From NCBI GenBank assembly GCA_951406725.2, contig OX597828.1, positions 22,072,001 through 22,136,000 of the forward strand: DNA of 64,000 nucleotides, read 5' to 3'. Positions 1 to 11,071 of the stretch are shown one piece after another. Position numbers and translations under genes: made by a program. Numbering within the stretch: position 1 is the first letter of the stretch; every line of letters starts with the position of its first letter. The notes beneath the pieces were generated by a model, which saw only the letters and a program-made list of their open reading frames with translations, was not told the origin of the DNA and did not search any database. The stretch comes from Octopus vulgaris (lineage: Eukaryota).

Positions 1-786
1 TGCACTATAGTCTCCGATAAAAACACCCGTCTCTTACGTCTACAAGAACTCAAGGACACATTAACAAGCAGGGATTACCCCACGTCACTAATTGACAATG
101 GAATCCAACGCGCCCTAAAACTCAGCACACAGGAACTTAGACGCCCTAAACCTGTTACATCGAAGCCCCCTACTCTACCATACATCTCTACACACAACCC
201 CCTCAAAAATGAAGCTTTTGACACCATCCTCCAGAACATTCCTGTATTAAAAAAGGACCATAGAATGAACCAAATCCTCCTAACACACGAAATCATGAAG
301 AGCAAAAGGCAACCCAAATCATTGAAAACCATCCTAACAAATGCCAAAGTACTGCCAACCACAACAACTAAACCCACAGCAAACAAATGCAATAGACCCA
401 ACTGTGGTATATGCATCAACCTAATAGAAGGTCCGGAATTCCTTTTTAAACAAGGACAACGTTTCACAGTAAAACACAACTTCACATGCGCATCAGAAAA
501 CCTAGTATATGTCTTAACTTGCTCGGGATGTAATGAACACTATATAGGCCAAACTAAAAATAGCCTCCGCCAACGCATGACTGTCCACAAATCCCAAATA
601 AAAATACAGGAATACAGAAAAATAGCACTTAGTGCACATATTGATACCAGTGCCGCACAACTTCATCCCAATTTTAGAATCTTTCCCCTCTACAAATTTA
701 AAGACAATGCCACTCATACCCAGCGAATAACCATGGAATCCCACCTTATTAATAAATACAGACCACTTCTAAACACATCCCCCTAA
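1..786 (+). CDS. Penelope-like retroelement ORF, C-terminal part (post-RT region, Cys-rich linker, GIY-YIG endonuclease); 5' end lies outside the window
   Basis: Frame 1 is open from base 1 (CTIVSDKNTRLLRLQELKDTLTSRDYP...TLPYISTHNP...) into the 265-786 ORF. Motifs: CNRPNCGIC, NLVYVLTCSGCNEHYIGQT, R..H, R..ME..LI...P.LN; this is the GIY-YIG of PLEs with a Cys-rich linker (Neptune-like). Confidence 0.9.
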   Translation, partial: CTIVSDKNTRLLRLQELKDTLTSRDYPTSLIDNGIQRALKLSTQELRRPKPVTSKPPTLPYISTHNPLKNEAFDTILQNIPVLKKDHRMNQILLTHEIMKSKRQPKSLKTILTNAKVLPTTTTKPTANKCNRPNCGICINLIEGPEFLFKQGQRFTVKHNFTCASENLVYVLTCSGCNEHYIGQTKNSLRQRMTVHKSQIKIQEYRKIALSAHIDTSAAQLHPNFRIFPLYKFKDNATHTQRITMESHLINKYRPLLNTSP

Positions 787-1756
787 CACGAACCCACAAC
801 AAACACACTTACACCTGCACACACCCTACACACACTTTTACCCAGATATTAACACCATGACACACGCAAATATATGGTTCCACACATACACATAATTGGA
901 TACGGGTGCAAAACATCCAACACTATTTTTTGGAAATGACTGTAAATATTCACTTCACACAAACACGTTGCTTCCCGATACAGGCACAATGCCAGCAGAA
1001 CTATAAATAGTGAAAATTGTACCCACACACGCACACATATATACACGCGCGCGAGCCCCAACACACACACACACACACACACGCGCGCGCGCACACATAC
1101 ATACATACAGCTCTTCCTGTCCTAAACGAACTTACTTATCCAGCTCGAATTCAGTCAAGCGGAAAATACACTCCCTAACTACGCGCTAAAAAGCTATTTA
1201 AAATATCCACATGACGTCTACTGACCAGCCTGAACAATAAGAATTTATAACAACGCTATTTTCGAAAATTCTAAACATTCACATGACCTCTCTATTATGA
1301 CCACATCCACGTGACCTCTTTATTATGACCAATAAGAAATTTTAGGCGCGACACTAGCCAAATTTTAACTTCTTTGGAGCCTTTTTTCTTACCCCAACAC
1401 CAACTTCCATTCAAACATTCACGTGACCCCTTCATAATGACCAATAAAAATTGTATTGACCATTTCCCACAAGAAATTTTAGGCGCGAAACCAAGCAAAT
1501 CTTAAACATCTCTGGGGCCTCTTTTTTCACATATAAGAGACAGCAAACCCAACATAAAGTCAGATAAGAGGAAAAAATCTATCAGAAAGTAACTCTATCT
1601 CTCTTAAAAAAACATCTTTTGATAAGCATAACAAATGCGCAACCGGTAAAAAGAACTTACACCTAATTAAATTAGTTAAATTACTTAAATTATTTTGTCA
1701 GCATTTTCTTCATTTCCTTTTTTATATATCACAACTCGTGTTCCACATCTCCTTTT
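787..1756 (+). mobile_element. Probable 3' UTR/pseudo-LTR of the Penelope-like element
   Basis: Follows the stop codon. CA-rich tract, imperfect direct repeats (aagaaattttaggcgcga at ~1334 and ~1470; cacgtgacc...atgacca motifs) and a decayed HHR at 1615-1653. Ends at a (TA)n tract. Confidence 0.6.
1615..1654 (+). ncRNA. Degenerate type I hammerhead ribozyme
   Basis: tctt-TTGATAA-gcat aacaa atgc-GCAA-ccgg-TA-aaaaga. Stem II and palindromic stem III are intact; the core is mutated from CTGATGA/GAAA. Confidence 0.5.
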
Positions 1757-1786
1757 ATATATATATATATATATATATACATATGC

Positions 1787-2116
1787 CACTCCGTCTGTTA
1801 CGACGACGAGGGTTTCAGTTGATCCGATCAAGTGAACAGCGTGCTCGTGAAATTAACGTGCAAGTAGCTGATCCCTTTACAAACACGTGATAAGGCTGGT
1901 CCTTTGAAATACAGTTACAGCAGAAACAGGAAGAAAGAGTGAAAGAAAAAGTTGTGGTGAAAGAGTACAACAGGGTTCACCACCCCTACTTCTTGCCGGA
2001 TCCTCGTGGAGCTTTAGGTTGCTCAATAAATAATCACAGCACCCGTTCTGGAAATGGAAACCGCGATCCTACGACCTCGAGTCCGCTGCCCTAACCACTA
2101 GGCCATTGCGCCTCCA
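1787..2116 (-). mobile_element. tRNA-derived SINE, family A
   Basis: Reverse complement matches 6868-7200 (ggaggcgcaatggcc...agtggttagggcagcggactcg head; cgtcgtaa..gacggagtg tail). Confidence 0.85.
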
Positions 2117-2186
2117 CATATATATACACATATATATGTGTGTATATATATATATGTATATATATGTATATCTACCTATCTATCTA

Positions 2187-2227
<41 letters not shown>

Positions 2228-2528
2228 GCACAAACACATTGCGCTTCGGTTTAATTTTTTATTACAAAATCTCAGTCAAGAATATTTGTCGATTTGGGGG
2301 CTACTGTAAAATATATTCGGTCATGCAATTGTACAATAGAATCAACCCTGGAAGCCGATGGTTGCAAGCAAACCACTTAACCACATAGACCTGTTTTACT
2401 CTCAGTCATATGTACTGACCACTGAAGTTGAGGAAAACACATTAATGATAATCATTAATTTGAATTTAAGCCAAAAATCAATGGAAGAGCGTTAAAAATT
2501 ACAAAGAAGTAAAGGAGGACAGGCAGAA

Positions 2529-2588
<60 letters not shown>

Positions 2589-2911
2589 TGGAAAGAAACT
2601 GAATGAGTTGGAGGGAGAGAGAAATACCACAAAAAGAAATAAAAGCAATGAAAGACAAGAAGAGAATGAAGAACAGAAGGAAGGGAAGAAAGTACGCAAA
2701 AGACAGAACGTTAGAAGAAAAAGAAAATTCTAGACTAATTTTGATGAAAAAGAAACGCTAAATTAAAAAGAATCATTTGACGAAAAAAATAAAAAACGAA
2801 AATATTAGGAAAAAAGTGGAAAAAATATATAAAAAAAACAGCATGTAATGTTTGAAAAAATAATTAAAGAACTAAATAAATAAAATTTAAAAAATAATGA
2901 AACATATACAA

Positions 2912-2972
<61 letters not shown>

Positions 2973-3393
2973 AATGTGTTTCTATGTTGTATGTGTGTGA
3001 AATCAAATAAAAAGAAGAAAAATAGGTAAGAAAAATAAAAGAAAAATTAACTTTAATGTACAAATTAATAGAAAATGAAACACTTCTAACGAAAAGATAA
3101 TTATAGTGACAAATTCGTCGTTGGTTAAGGACGAAGAAAAACATTTTAATAGAATAATGTACTTCGTATTACTTCTCACAGTGTACAGCTAATGCTCTTT
3201 GTAATCTACATTTGCGAGCTTTTTACTTGCCCTCATAAACAATGGTATATATTCTTATTTCTGAAGAAAACCCTGCAAAGCAACTGGAATAACAATGGAC
3301 AGCATTCCTATGGCATCGTATTAAATACGTTAATCTTAGTCGACTTCAGCATTTTACTGAATTTACAACGTTCCCTGTGAAGCAAAATTGACA

Positions 3394-3526
<133 letters not shown>

Positions 3527-3544
3527 CATACATACATATATATT

Positions 3545-4090
3545 TACATAAAATTCAGGGTGAATACTTGATAACTGTAAGCACTTGTATATGCCAGTTA
3601 ATGGTGTAGGTGATAGAGTATATTTATCAAAAGAAAAACAGGATGCAAAGGATTTAGCGGTACATATGTTTCTGGCCTTTATTAGACAGTTTATATCAAT
3701 GCATAATTGATGTAATATCTATGTCAATAGCCTTCATCAGCCGCGCACAATTACCACACCAAGTACATGTATGGTCCCTTTGTGGGTAATAAAGAATCAA
3801 CACCAAGTACATGTATTACATTATAGGTTTGAGAAAAAGACGATTTTCGTTGGGGATGCAAATCTCCATATTCGTATACAGCAGAGCGAGACACCAAAGC
3901 AAAAACAAAGCGCCCATACCGTTTTTCACTCGATATAGAATGAGGAGGTTGGATGTAGAGATAAAGAGGGAAGGAGTTGGAGGGGGGTGAATCTTTTGGG
4001 ATCACAAAGAGGGGAAGTAGTAGATGCAAAATGTAATAACAGAGTAAAAATTTAAAAATATAAAAAAATATGGTTTATAACCGTCACACC
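3545..4090 (-). mobile_element. HHR-bearing PLE-type terminal-repeat remnant adjoining (TA)n
   Basis: Non-coding segment whose 3' end (minus strand) abuts the TA/TG tract at 3400-3545; contains the HHR at 3657-3744. The 5' boundary is approximate. Confidence 0.55.
3657..3744 (-). ncRNA. Type I hammerhead ribozyme with long stem II
   Basis: Minus strand: GCGG-CTGATGA-aggc tattgac...atcaat tatgc attgat...gtctaata aaggcca-GAAA-catatg-TA-CCGC. Stem I GCGG/CCGC, palindromic stem III CATATG. Confidence 0.8.
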
Positions 4091-4820
4091 ACCCTATCTA
4101 AGACGGACATTTAGAATATGTAGGTTCCTTTTGCGTGTGTGCAGGAATGAATCTTCGGACGTATAGGTGTGGAAGTGCGTGTATATGCGAGCACGGGCAT
4201 ATATGTGCATATGAGTATGTCCATGTGTGTGCGTGTTGTGGTGGGCGTATATACACGTTTGTACGGATGTGTACGCAGGTACGCATATGTATCTGTTTGT
4301 AAATGTGTGCGTGTATGTGTATATATATACATATATACATATGTGTGTAGGTATGTACACTTATGTGTGTGTGTGTGTGTGTGTAGGTATATCTGTATGC
4401 GTATGTATACTTGTATGCGCATTCTTAGTTCCTCCTTGTCCGAGTGCATAGAGATACACATTCACGCGCGTAGACATGCGAATGGATATACCTGCTTCCG
4501 TGCATGTGGGGATATACGTACATATGCCTATGTTCGTGAATCTGGGGGTGTCCGTGTATATATGTATTTATGTGTACTCGTGCACCTGTGAGAGCGTGTG
4601 TGTATATGCATATATAAACAGGTGTGTGTGCGCAGGAACTTGAATGAACCTCTGCGGGCGCATACATGTCGATGTATGCATGTGTTTGTTCGTGTATGGA
4701 TTTCACTGTATATGTGTACACATGTACTTATACATATGCATATGTATGCATATACACACATATATATGTGTGTAAGGATGAGTGTATATATGTCCGTGTG
4801 TGCATGTATGTGCGTATATG

Positions 4821-4860
<40 letters not shown>

Positions 4861-4864
<4 letters not shown>

Positions 4865-5161
4865 CAAGAAATGAGGTAATCAGAAGATCGGATTGTTCAC
4901 ATTTACAGATATTTATTTATATATTACATTTTTTACATATATATATCATATCATTCAGATCATAGCATTCAGATTGTTAGCGCTTTCTCCCATTCTAGTG
5001 GGGTTTTCAAATCAAAAACCCCACTAGAATGGGAGAAAGCGCTAATAATCTGAATGATATGATCTGAATGATATGATATATATATGTAAAAAATGTAATA
5101 TATAAATAAATATCTGTAAATATGAACCATCCGATCTTCTGATTACCTCATTTCTTCTAAT
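4861..5161. repeat. Long fold-back palindrome, 147-bp arms, 7-nt loop, between (TA)n tracts
   Basis: 4861-5007 is the reverse complement of 5015-5161 with 5 mismatches counted by eye; loop caaatca. Confidence 0.95.
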
Positions 5162-5192
5162 ATATAATACCTGTACATCATCTCCAAACCTT

Positions 5193-5252
<60 letters not shown>

Positions 5253-5354
5253 GGAGTAAACACATAAATGTGAAACAAGGTGGAAAAAAGAGTACTCAAA
5301 TACCAGTGGTAGAGTAATATGCTTTATTTTAAGCAGCAGAAAATTCAACAAAAT

Positions 5355-5392
5355 CTGTTACTCTGAGCTTCTCGTTGCCGTTCATCAGACAG
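5355..5392 (-). ncRNA. Mirror hammerhead copy with GAAA>GAAG change
   Basis: Minus strand: ctgt-CTGATGA-acggcaacga-GAAG-ctcagag-TA-acag. Confidence 0.7.
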
Positions 5393-5408
5393 TTTTTGCT
5401 AGCAAAAA

Positions 5409-5446
5409 CTGTCTGATGAACGGCAACGAGAAACTCAGAGTAACAG
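5409..5446 (+). ncRNA. Minimal type I hammerhead ribozyme
   Basis: ctgt-CTGATGA-acg gcaa cga-GAAA-ctcagag-TA-acag. Complete core, stem I ctgt/acag, near-palindromic stem III. Confidence 0.8.
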
Positions 5447-6589
5447 ATTTTGTTGAATTTTCTGCTGCTTAAAATAAAGTATATATATATATATATATGC
5501 TTTTGTATGTGTGGGTCTATGGATGTGTACGCGTATGTATAGTTACATGTCTGTGGGTGTATCTACGGGTGCGGGTATATATTTTTTTCTTAGTTTCTTT
5601 TGGGGGTGTATGCGCGAGTGTACATGTAAATATGCATATATGTATATATGTGTATATGCATGGAGATTTGCTTCCTTATGTATGTGTGTATGTACGTATG
5701 TGCGTATATGTACGTATGTGCGTGGGTTCTTGTACCCAGCTACATACACTTTTTTCTGTATGTATGTGTATATTGAGATATGTATGTATGTACGCATATA
5801 CGTATACAAGTGTGTAGACGTGCGGGCTCGGTATATGTACGTGTGTGTATGTATTCATATGTATACGGGTTCGTGTGCAGAGGTGTGTATATGTATATAT
5901 GTATTTAGTTTGTACGGGTTTAAGTATCTGTGCGTAGCGGTATGTATGTATATGCGTATCCCTGTTGGTACTTTCACACGGGTGTGTGTATGTGTATATG
6001 TGTGGGTGTGTATATGTATGCATGCAGGTATGTGTGTACATGTTGACTGATAACAATACGATCCCAGACATTTTATAAGAAAGCAAATAAACTATTTAGC
6101 CACACACCAACTTGGAGCAGACAACTTATATTGACCATCCGCTTGGTCCCCAGATAATTAAGTTATAAATTATGACACCCACCAGTACATCCTTAAGCTT
6201 CACCAACCGTAATATTCGTTTCTGTACCTGACTTTATCTTTACGTCCACCCTTTTATTTCTTTACCCCTTTATATTTCGTTATCCCTTTATATTTTATTT
6301 TTATTTTTTATCCTTATTTTTCGTCTTTATTTTTTCGCTTCTTTATCTTTATTTTGTCATATTTAGATTTCCATGTTTCTCCCGTCTTTGTATATTTATA
6401 TACTTATATACTTTTATATTTTTATATATTTACATATATATATATACATATGTAAACACACACACACACATATATATGTATATATATATATACACATATA
6501 TATATATATAAATTTGAATCGGTTGTCTTTATTTTGGGTCCGTGCCCTTTGCCATTTTCAAAAATTCCGATAACGCACGGTTAGCATTT

Positions 6590-6760
6590 GGTTTAAATGT
6601 AAGAGAACAAAAGACAGAGACCGTTGAAGGAAGAATGAATAAGTGTATTAGTTTCATGATCGGAAAAAATGAAAAGGTCTTTGATGTTTTGAGCCTACCC
6701 TCTTCCACCGAAATGGATGAGAAAGAAAAAACAAAACGGTGAGAGAAAAATATGTTGGGA
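6590..6760 (-). mobile_element. Decayed copy of the HHR-like repeat family seen at 43325 and 18295
   Basis: gtctttgatgttttgagcctaccctcttc aligns with gtcttttacgtttcgagcctacactcttc at 43416; flanks are similar. Confidence 0.6.
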
Positions 6761-6809
6761 TGTACATACATACATACGTACATACATACATTCACACATT
6801 ATTAACCAC

Positions 6810-6861
<52 letters not shown>

Positions 6862-6867
6862 TAGAAT

Positions 6868-7200
6868 GTGGAGGTGCAATGGCCCAGTGGTTAGGGCAGC
6901 GGACTCGCGGTCGTAGGATCGCGGTTTCGATTCCCAGACCGGGCGTTGTGAGTGTTTATTGAGAGAAAACACCTAAAGCTCCACGAGGCTCCGGCAGGGA
7001 TGGAAGTGATCCCTGCTGTACTCTTTCACCACAACTTTCTCTCACTCTTACTTCCTGTTTCTGTTGTACCTGTATTTCAAATGGCCGGTCACGTGTCTGA
7101 GGAGTGCTCAGCCACTTACACGTTAATTTCACGAGCAGGCTGTTCCGTTGATCGGATCAACCGGAACCCTCGTCGTCGTAACCGACGGAGTGCTTCCATC
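6868..7200 (+). mobile_element. tRNA-derived SINE, family A, full length with TSD
   Basis: A box tggcccagtggtta, B box ggtttcgattccc; TSD atatatgtctaga at 6853-6865 and 7202-7214. Confidence 0.9.
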
Positions 7201-7429
7201 CATATATGTCTAGATATGCAACTATATGCATGAGAATACATACATAAAGCATACAAATTTGCACATGCATACATACATACATGCACACACACGTGCACAC
7301 AAACATACATACATGCATATATACATACAGATATACACAAATATTTTGGACGCTGAGCTTGATATAAGACATTGATCGAGAGTTGCATGGTCTACTCTTG
7401 TGTCTAAGAACAAAATGACACGCGTGACT

Positions 7430-7880
7430 AAAACCTATTAGACCATAGCATGTTTAAATATTAACAAAAGGGTATACACAAATTCTTTTGTCATTTCCTG
7501 TTTTGTCGGGCGCTTTCCGAAAGCATGGTATCATAACTGATGAAAAGTCCGGAGGAAAGACAAGCGTAGAACACTGTGCTAAGCAGCTCCTTATGAACAA
7601 ATCTGTCCTTAAGGAAGCCAAGCAAAATTGGCATAAGCTCCTAACATAACTAGGCTACACGTCACTCACGGATATTAGAATGGCTACCATTCGACTGCTG
7701 ACCACAACATGGTCAACATATTTATCACTAAAGCCACTAAAACAATAGCCTTGTTACACACGGAATTAGATTCGCAGCAGGCATATTCCGGGGTAATATT
7801 TTTGTTCTGATTTTGTTTTCACTGACAGTGAACCCCTTGTCAGCCCTGTGAAGAACATTAGGAAGGCTACATGCTGGGAT
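7430..7880 (+). pseudogene. Decayed non-LTR reverse transcriptase, R4/Dong-like
   Basis: Frameshifted motifs Y*TIACLNI, HCAKQLLMNKSVLKEAK, and GIFRGNIFVLILFSLTVNPLS (from 7780), matching the GIFQGD.LSP.LF...NPLS pattern. Confidence 0.65.
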
Positions 7881-8564
7881 ATGTAGGAAACAATGGAGAG
7901 GTACTTAGAATCGAGCGAATCAATTCTCCATTTGAAGAGTAATGAATGCTAGGGTTGTATGCGTCGCGATCAGTTTTTGCACCTGAACATAACCGATTTC
8001 AAGAGAGAGAAGGGGTAGACAGACAGATAGAGACAGAGAGAGAGAGAGAAAGAGGGAGAGGGGACAGGTAGAGTTAGAGAGAAAAAGAGAAAGAGGGAGA
8101 GTGGGAGAGAGAGCTAGATAGATAGATAGAGAGAGAGAAACAGGGGGGACAGAAAGAGAGAGAGACAGATAGACCGATACAGAGAGAAAAGAGACAGAGA
8201 GAGAGAGATATATAGATAGATTGAGAGAGAGAGAAAGAAAGAGGGAGAGGGGTAGAGCTAGAGAGAAAGAGAGAGGGAGAAATAGAGGGGAGAGACAGAG
8301 AGAGAAAGAAATAGACAGAGAAAGAAATAGACAGAGAAAGAAGTAGACAGAGAAGGGGAAAGTGAGATAGAATTAAAATGCAGTACATAGAAATGGATAG
8401 ACAGATAAAGACTGAATCTGAAAGACGAGTAAAGTAAAATTAAAAGAGCCAGTGATTAATAGTTTGACAATCGAAGAAAACTAAAACCAAGTTTAAATCG
8501 GCAGGATTTGATCTGAAATCACAGAGAGTAGCAGGCAGTAACTCAAAGTACTTTATCCAATATT

Positions 8565-8830
8565 TCATCCATTATGCCCGTATAAAGTGCGAAGCTTCCA
8601 TGCGGTTCCCTGAGGTAGGTATTGTACGATTTGTATTATTTCATCTGATGTTGGTTTTATAGAATATTTGTTGTATGCATTGAATTGTAATATCGAGTAG
8701 TGTTTATATTGAATATATGATACGTGAGTTGTGCAAACTGAGTGCAGCGTGATATATGTTATTGAATAGAATGTATCTTGCATAGATTGTTTTAATAGTA
8801 TTACCCATAAGGTGTGTTTGGTCTCTAAGA
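8565..8830 (-). pseudogene. Decayed Penelope-like RT fragment
   Basis: LFNNIYHAA (cf. SLYTNIPH) followed by YLPQGTA and frameshifted GSFALYTGIM (cf. YLQ..GTAMG...AP.YA..FM). Confidence 0.45.
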
Positions 8831-9479
8831 AGAAGACGACATGTGTGCGTTAGACAAGAAAGCGCCCGACAAAAGAGGAAATGACAAAAGAACATCAGAA
8901 CAAAAGAATGCCAGAACAAACGAACGTTATCAGAGCACCAATAACATGCTGCTTTTTATATTTCTATATGGTTTCTGCTATATATTTGTCGACATGTTAT
9001 TTTTTTTTTCTGCTGAGCTAATATCTGTTGCTTCTTGTCGTTATTAATAATAAATCAAGACAGCTTGAATATTTTGTCATTTTATGAGAATGAAATATAG
9101 ATGTCAGATGGAGAAACTGCGCAAAATCGGTGGATAGTTTTGCCTATCTGTTTGATAACAACAACAAAAGAACGACTTCAAAAATAGCATCAAATCTTAT
9201 TACTGCATAAAGATATAAATATGAGGCCGTATGCATAGAAGTAATGAACGGGTTGACAGAAGTAAATGATAATAACAATACAACAAGCATAATTGAATAA
9301 AGAGTAAACTGCCTGTCAACAAATCGCAAACAACAGCAAGAAAACTTCAAAGGCATATAATAAAAGTACAGAACATTCCATTGCATAAAGTTAGTCAATG
9401 TTTTAAGATATACTGAGAAAGAGTAAGGGAGAAATGAACGAATTTGGCAGCTGTTGTCGAGTACCCTAAACTGGGTTAA

Positions 9480-10100
9480 ACTCTTTGTGATATAAACTCA
9501 AGGGAACACCGAGAAGGAACAAATAAGGAAAAACACCTTATCCAATATTCCGACGAATATACCTAATCTCCATCTACTACAATACAGACAAATCACAATA
9601 TTCGCTCCATCATAAATTCTGGAAACATCAAAGGAATTTATATTCAACATTGCAGCCATAACTTTTACAGTAAATGTAAGCGGGCTTTCTAAATCATTTG
9701 TTGAAACTTTACATTGGAATGATGAATCTTATGGATCTAATATATTTTTCGTTCTTAGTACAAATGAAAATCCTCACATTTAAGCAATAATAGTACTTAG
9801 ACTTTTGTTAAGACGCTCAAATTGTACCTCATCTCTCCTCTTATTTTGCAGCAATTTATGCTAAAAGAAGTTGCACGTTATAACCAATAGCCTACAGGTT
9901 TCGTAAATAAAAAATAAAACGGAAGTTGCAAATAGAAAAAATACCTGAAATGGCATAGGCGACAAGGAGAAACTAATTTTGTTATAGTGTCTTCGATCAG
10001 CACCTTCCAATCGTTGAGTTCGTGCTTGATTTCACTCAATGCATTTGTATAAAGATTCCACCAGCCACGTTTGTTGATGTGAATCGTAATAAAAGGAAAA
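9480..10100 (-). pseudogene. Highly decayed LINE (L1/Tx1-like) RT fragment
   Basis: IRRNIG*GVFPYLFLL near 9510-9565 resembles RG.RQG.PLSPYLF; upstream motifs are faint. Confidence 0.35.
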
Positions 10101-10189
10101 TGCATCTAAAAGTGCAAGATGATTCTAGCTTTATCTGTCGTTACCTCATTACAAAATTATTGATGATTTTGAAAAAAAGTAATTGAATG

Positions 10190-10557
10190 TGTTAAGAGGC
10201 TTGCTTCCCACTCACATGGTTCCGGGTTCAGTCCCACTGAACCTATTGCCTCGGGCCGACCCAAACCTTGTGAGTGGATATTGTAGACGAAAATTGAAAG
10301 ACGCTCATCATCTAAACATATATTTATGCGTGTGTGCTTATGCGTATGTGTTTATTCCCATTCACCGCTTGACAACCGATGTTGGTCTGTTTACGTCCCC
10401 GTGACTTAGTGATTCGGCAAAAGAGACCGACAGAATAAGTACCAGGCTTAACACACAAAAAGTACTAAGGTCGACTCCTTCGACTAAAACAAATTGTTCA
10501 AGGTGGTGCCCCAGCAAGGCCGCAGTCTAACGACTGAAACAGGTGAACCATAAAAGA
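10190..10557 (+). mobile_element. SINE family B (CORE-like), diverged
   Basis: cacatggttccgggttcagtcccactg...cctcgggccgacc...gactgaaacagg; aligns with 51504-51924. Confidence 0.85.
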
Positions 10558-10841
10558 CAAAAATTATTATTTCTAACATCATCACTGAACTGCTGTACAA
10601 ATTGGAACGCACGTGATCAGCGGCGAAATATACAAAGTATTTGGACTCTTGTCGATTCTCGTCATAATCCCCATTAAATCAGTCACAAATGATGCACTTG
10701 AAGGATGTTTTACTGCATTTCAATATGCGCGTGACTATGTCCACTTCACAAACGATAAACTTATCGAAGTCAATTTCCTGGTGCTATCCGTTAACAAGCG
10801 TCAATAACAATCCAAGCTTCAAATGGTACCAACCGGTTTAA

Positions 10842-11071
10842 GGCGGCGAGCTGGCAGAAACGTTAGCACGCCGGGCGAAATGCGTAGCCGTATTTCGTCT
10901 GCCGTTACGTTCTGAGTTCAAATTCGCCGAGGTCGACTTTGCCTTTCATCCTTTCGGGGTCGATTAAATAAGTACCAGTTACGCACTGGGGTCGATATAA
11001 TCGAATTAATCCGTTTGTCTGTCCTTGTTTGTCCTCTCTGTGTTTAGCCCCTTGTGGGTAGTAAAGAAATA
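10842..11071 (+). mobile_element. SINE family C, full length with TSD
   Basis: ggcggcgagctggcagaaacgttagc...gagttcaaatt; central gaggtcgactttgcctttcatcctttcggggtcgat...aagtacc domain (resembles the Meta-SINE domain); TSD ggtttaagg at 10835 and 11072. Confidence 0.9.

Larger units (their letters stand above)
5322..5479. repeat. Loopless palindrome, 79-bp arms, containing two opposed hammerhead motifs; part of element 5251-5479 between (TA)n tracts
   Basis: Centre is gct|agc at 5400/5401; the only arm mismatch is 5368 vs 5433. Confidence 0.95.

Noticed and set aside
75-744. Minus-strand ORFs 75-485 and 514-744
   Set aside because: Antisense shadows of the PLE ORF.
6868-6945. tRNA genes at SINE heads (also 24123, 28065, 32762, 54675)
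   Set aside because: A/B boxes present but no complete cloverleaf evident; they continue into repeat bodies, some with TSDs.
7534-7570. CTGATGA...GAAA resembling a hammerhead
   Set aside because: No convincing stems; lies within the decayed R4-like RT coding sequence.
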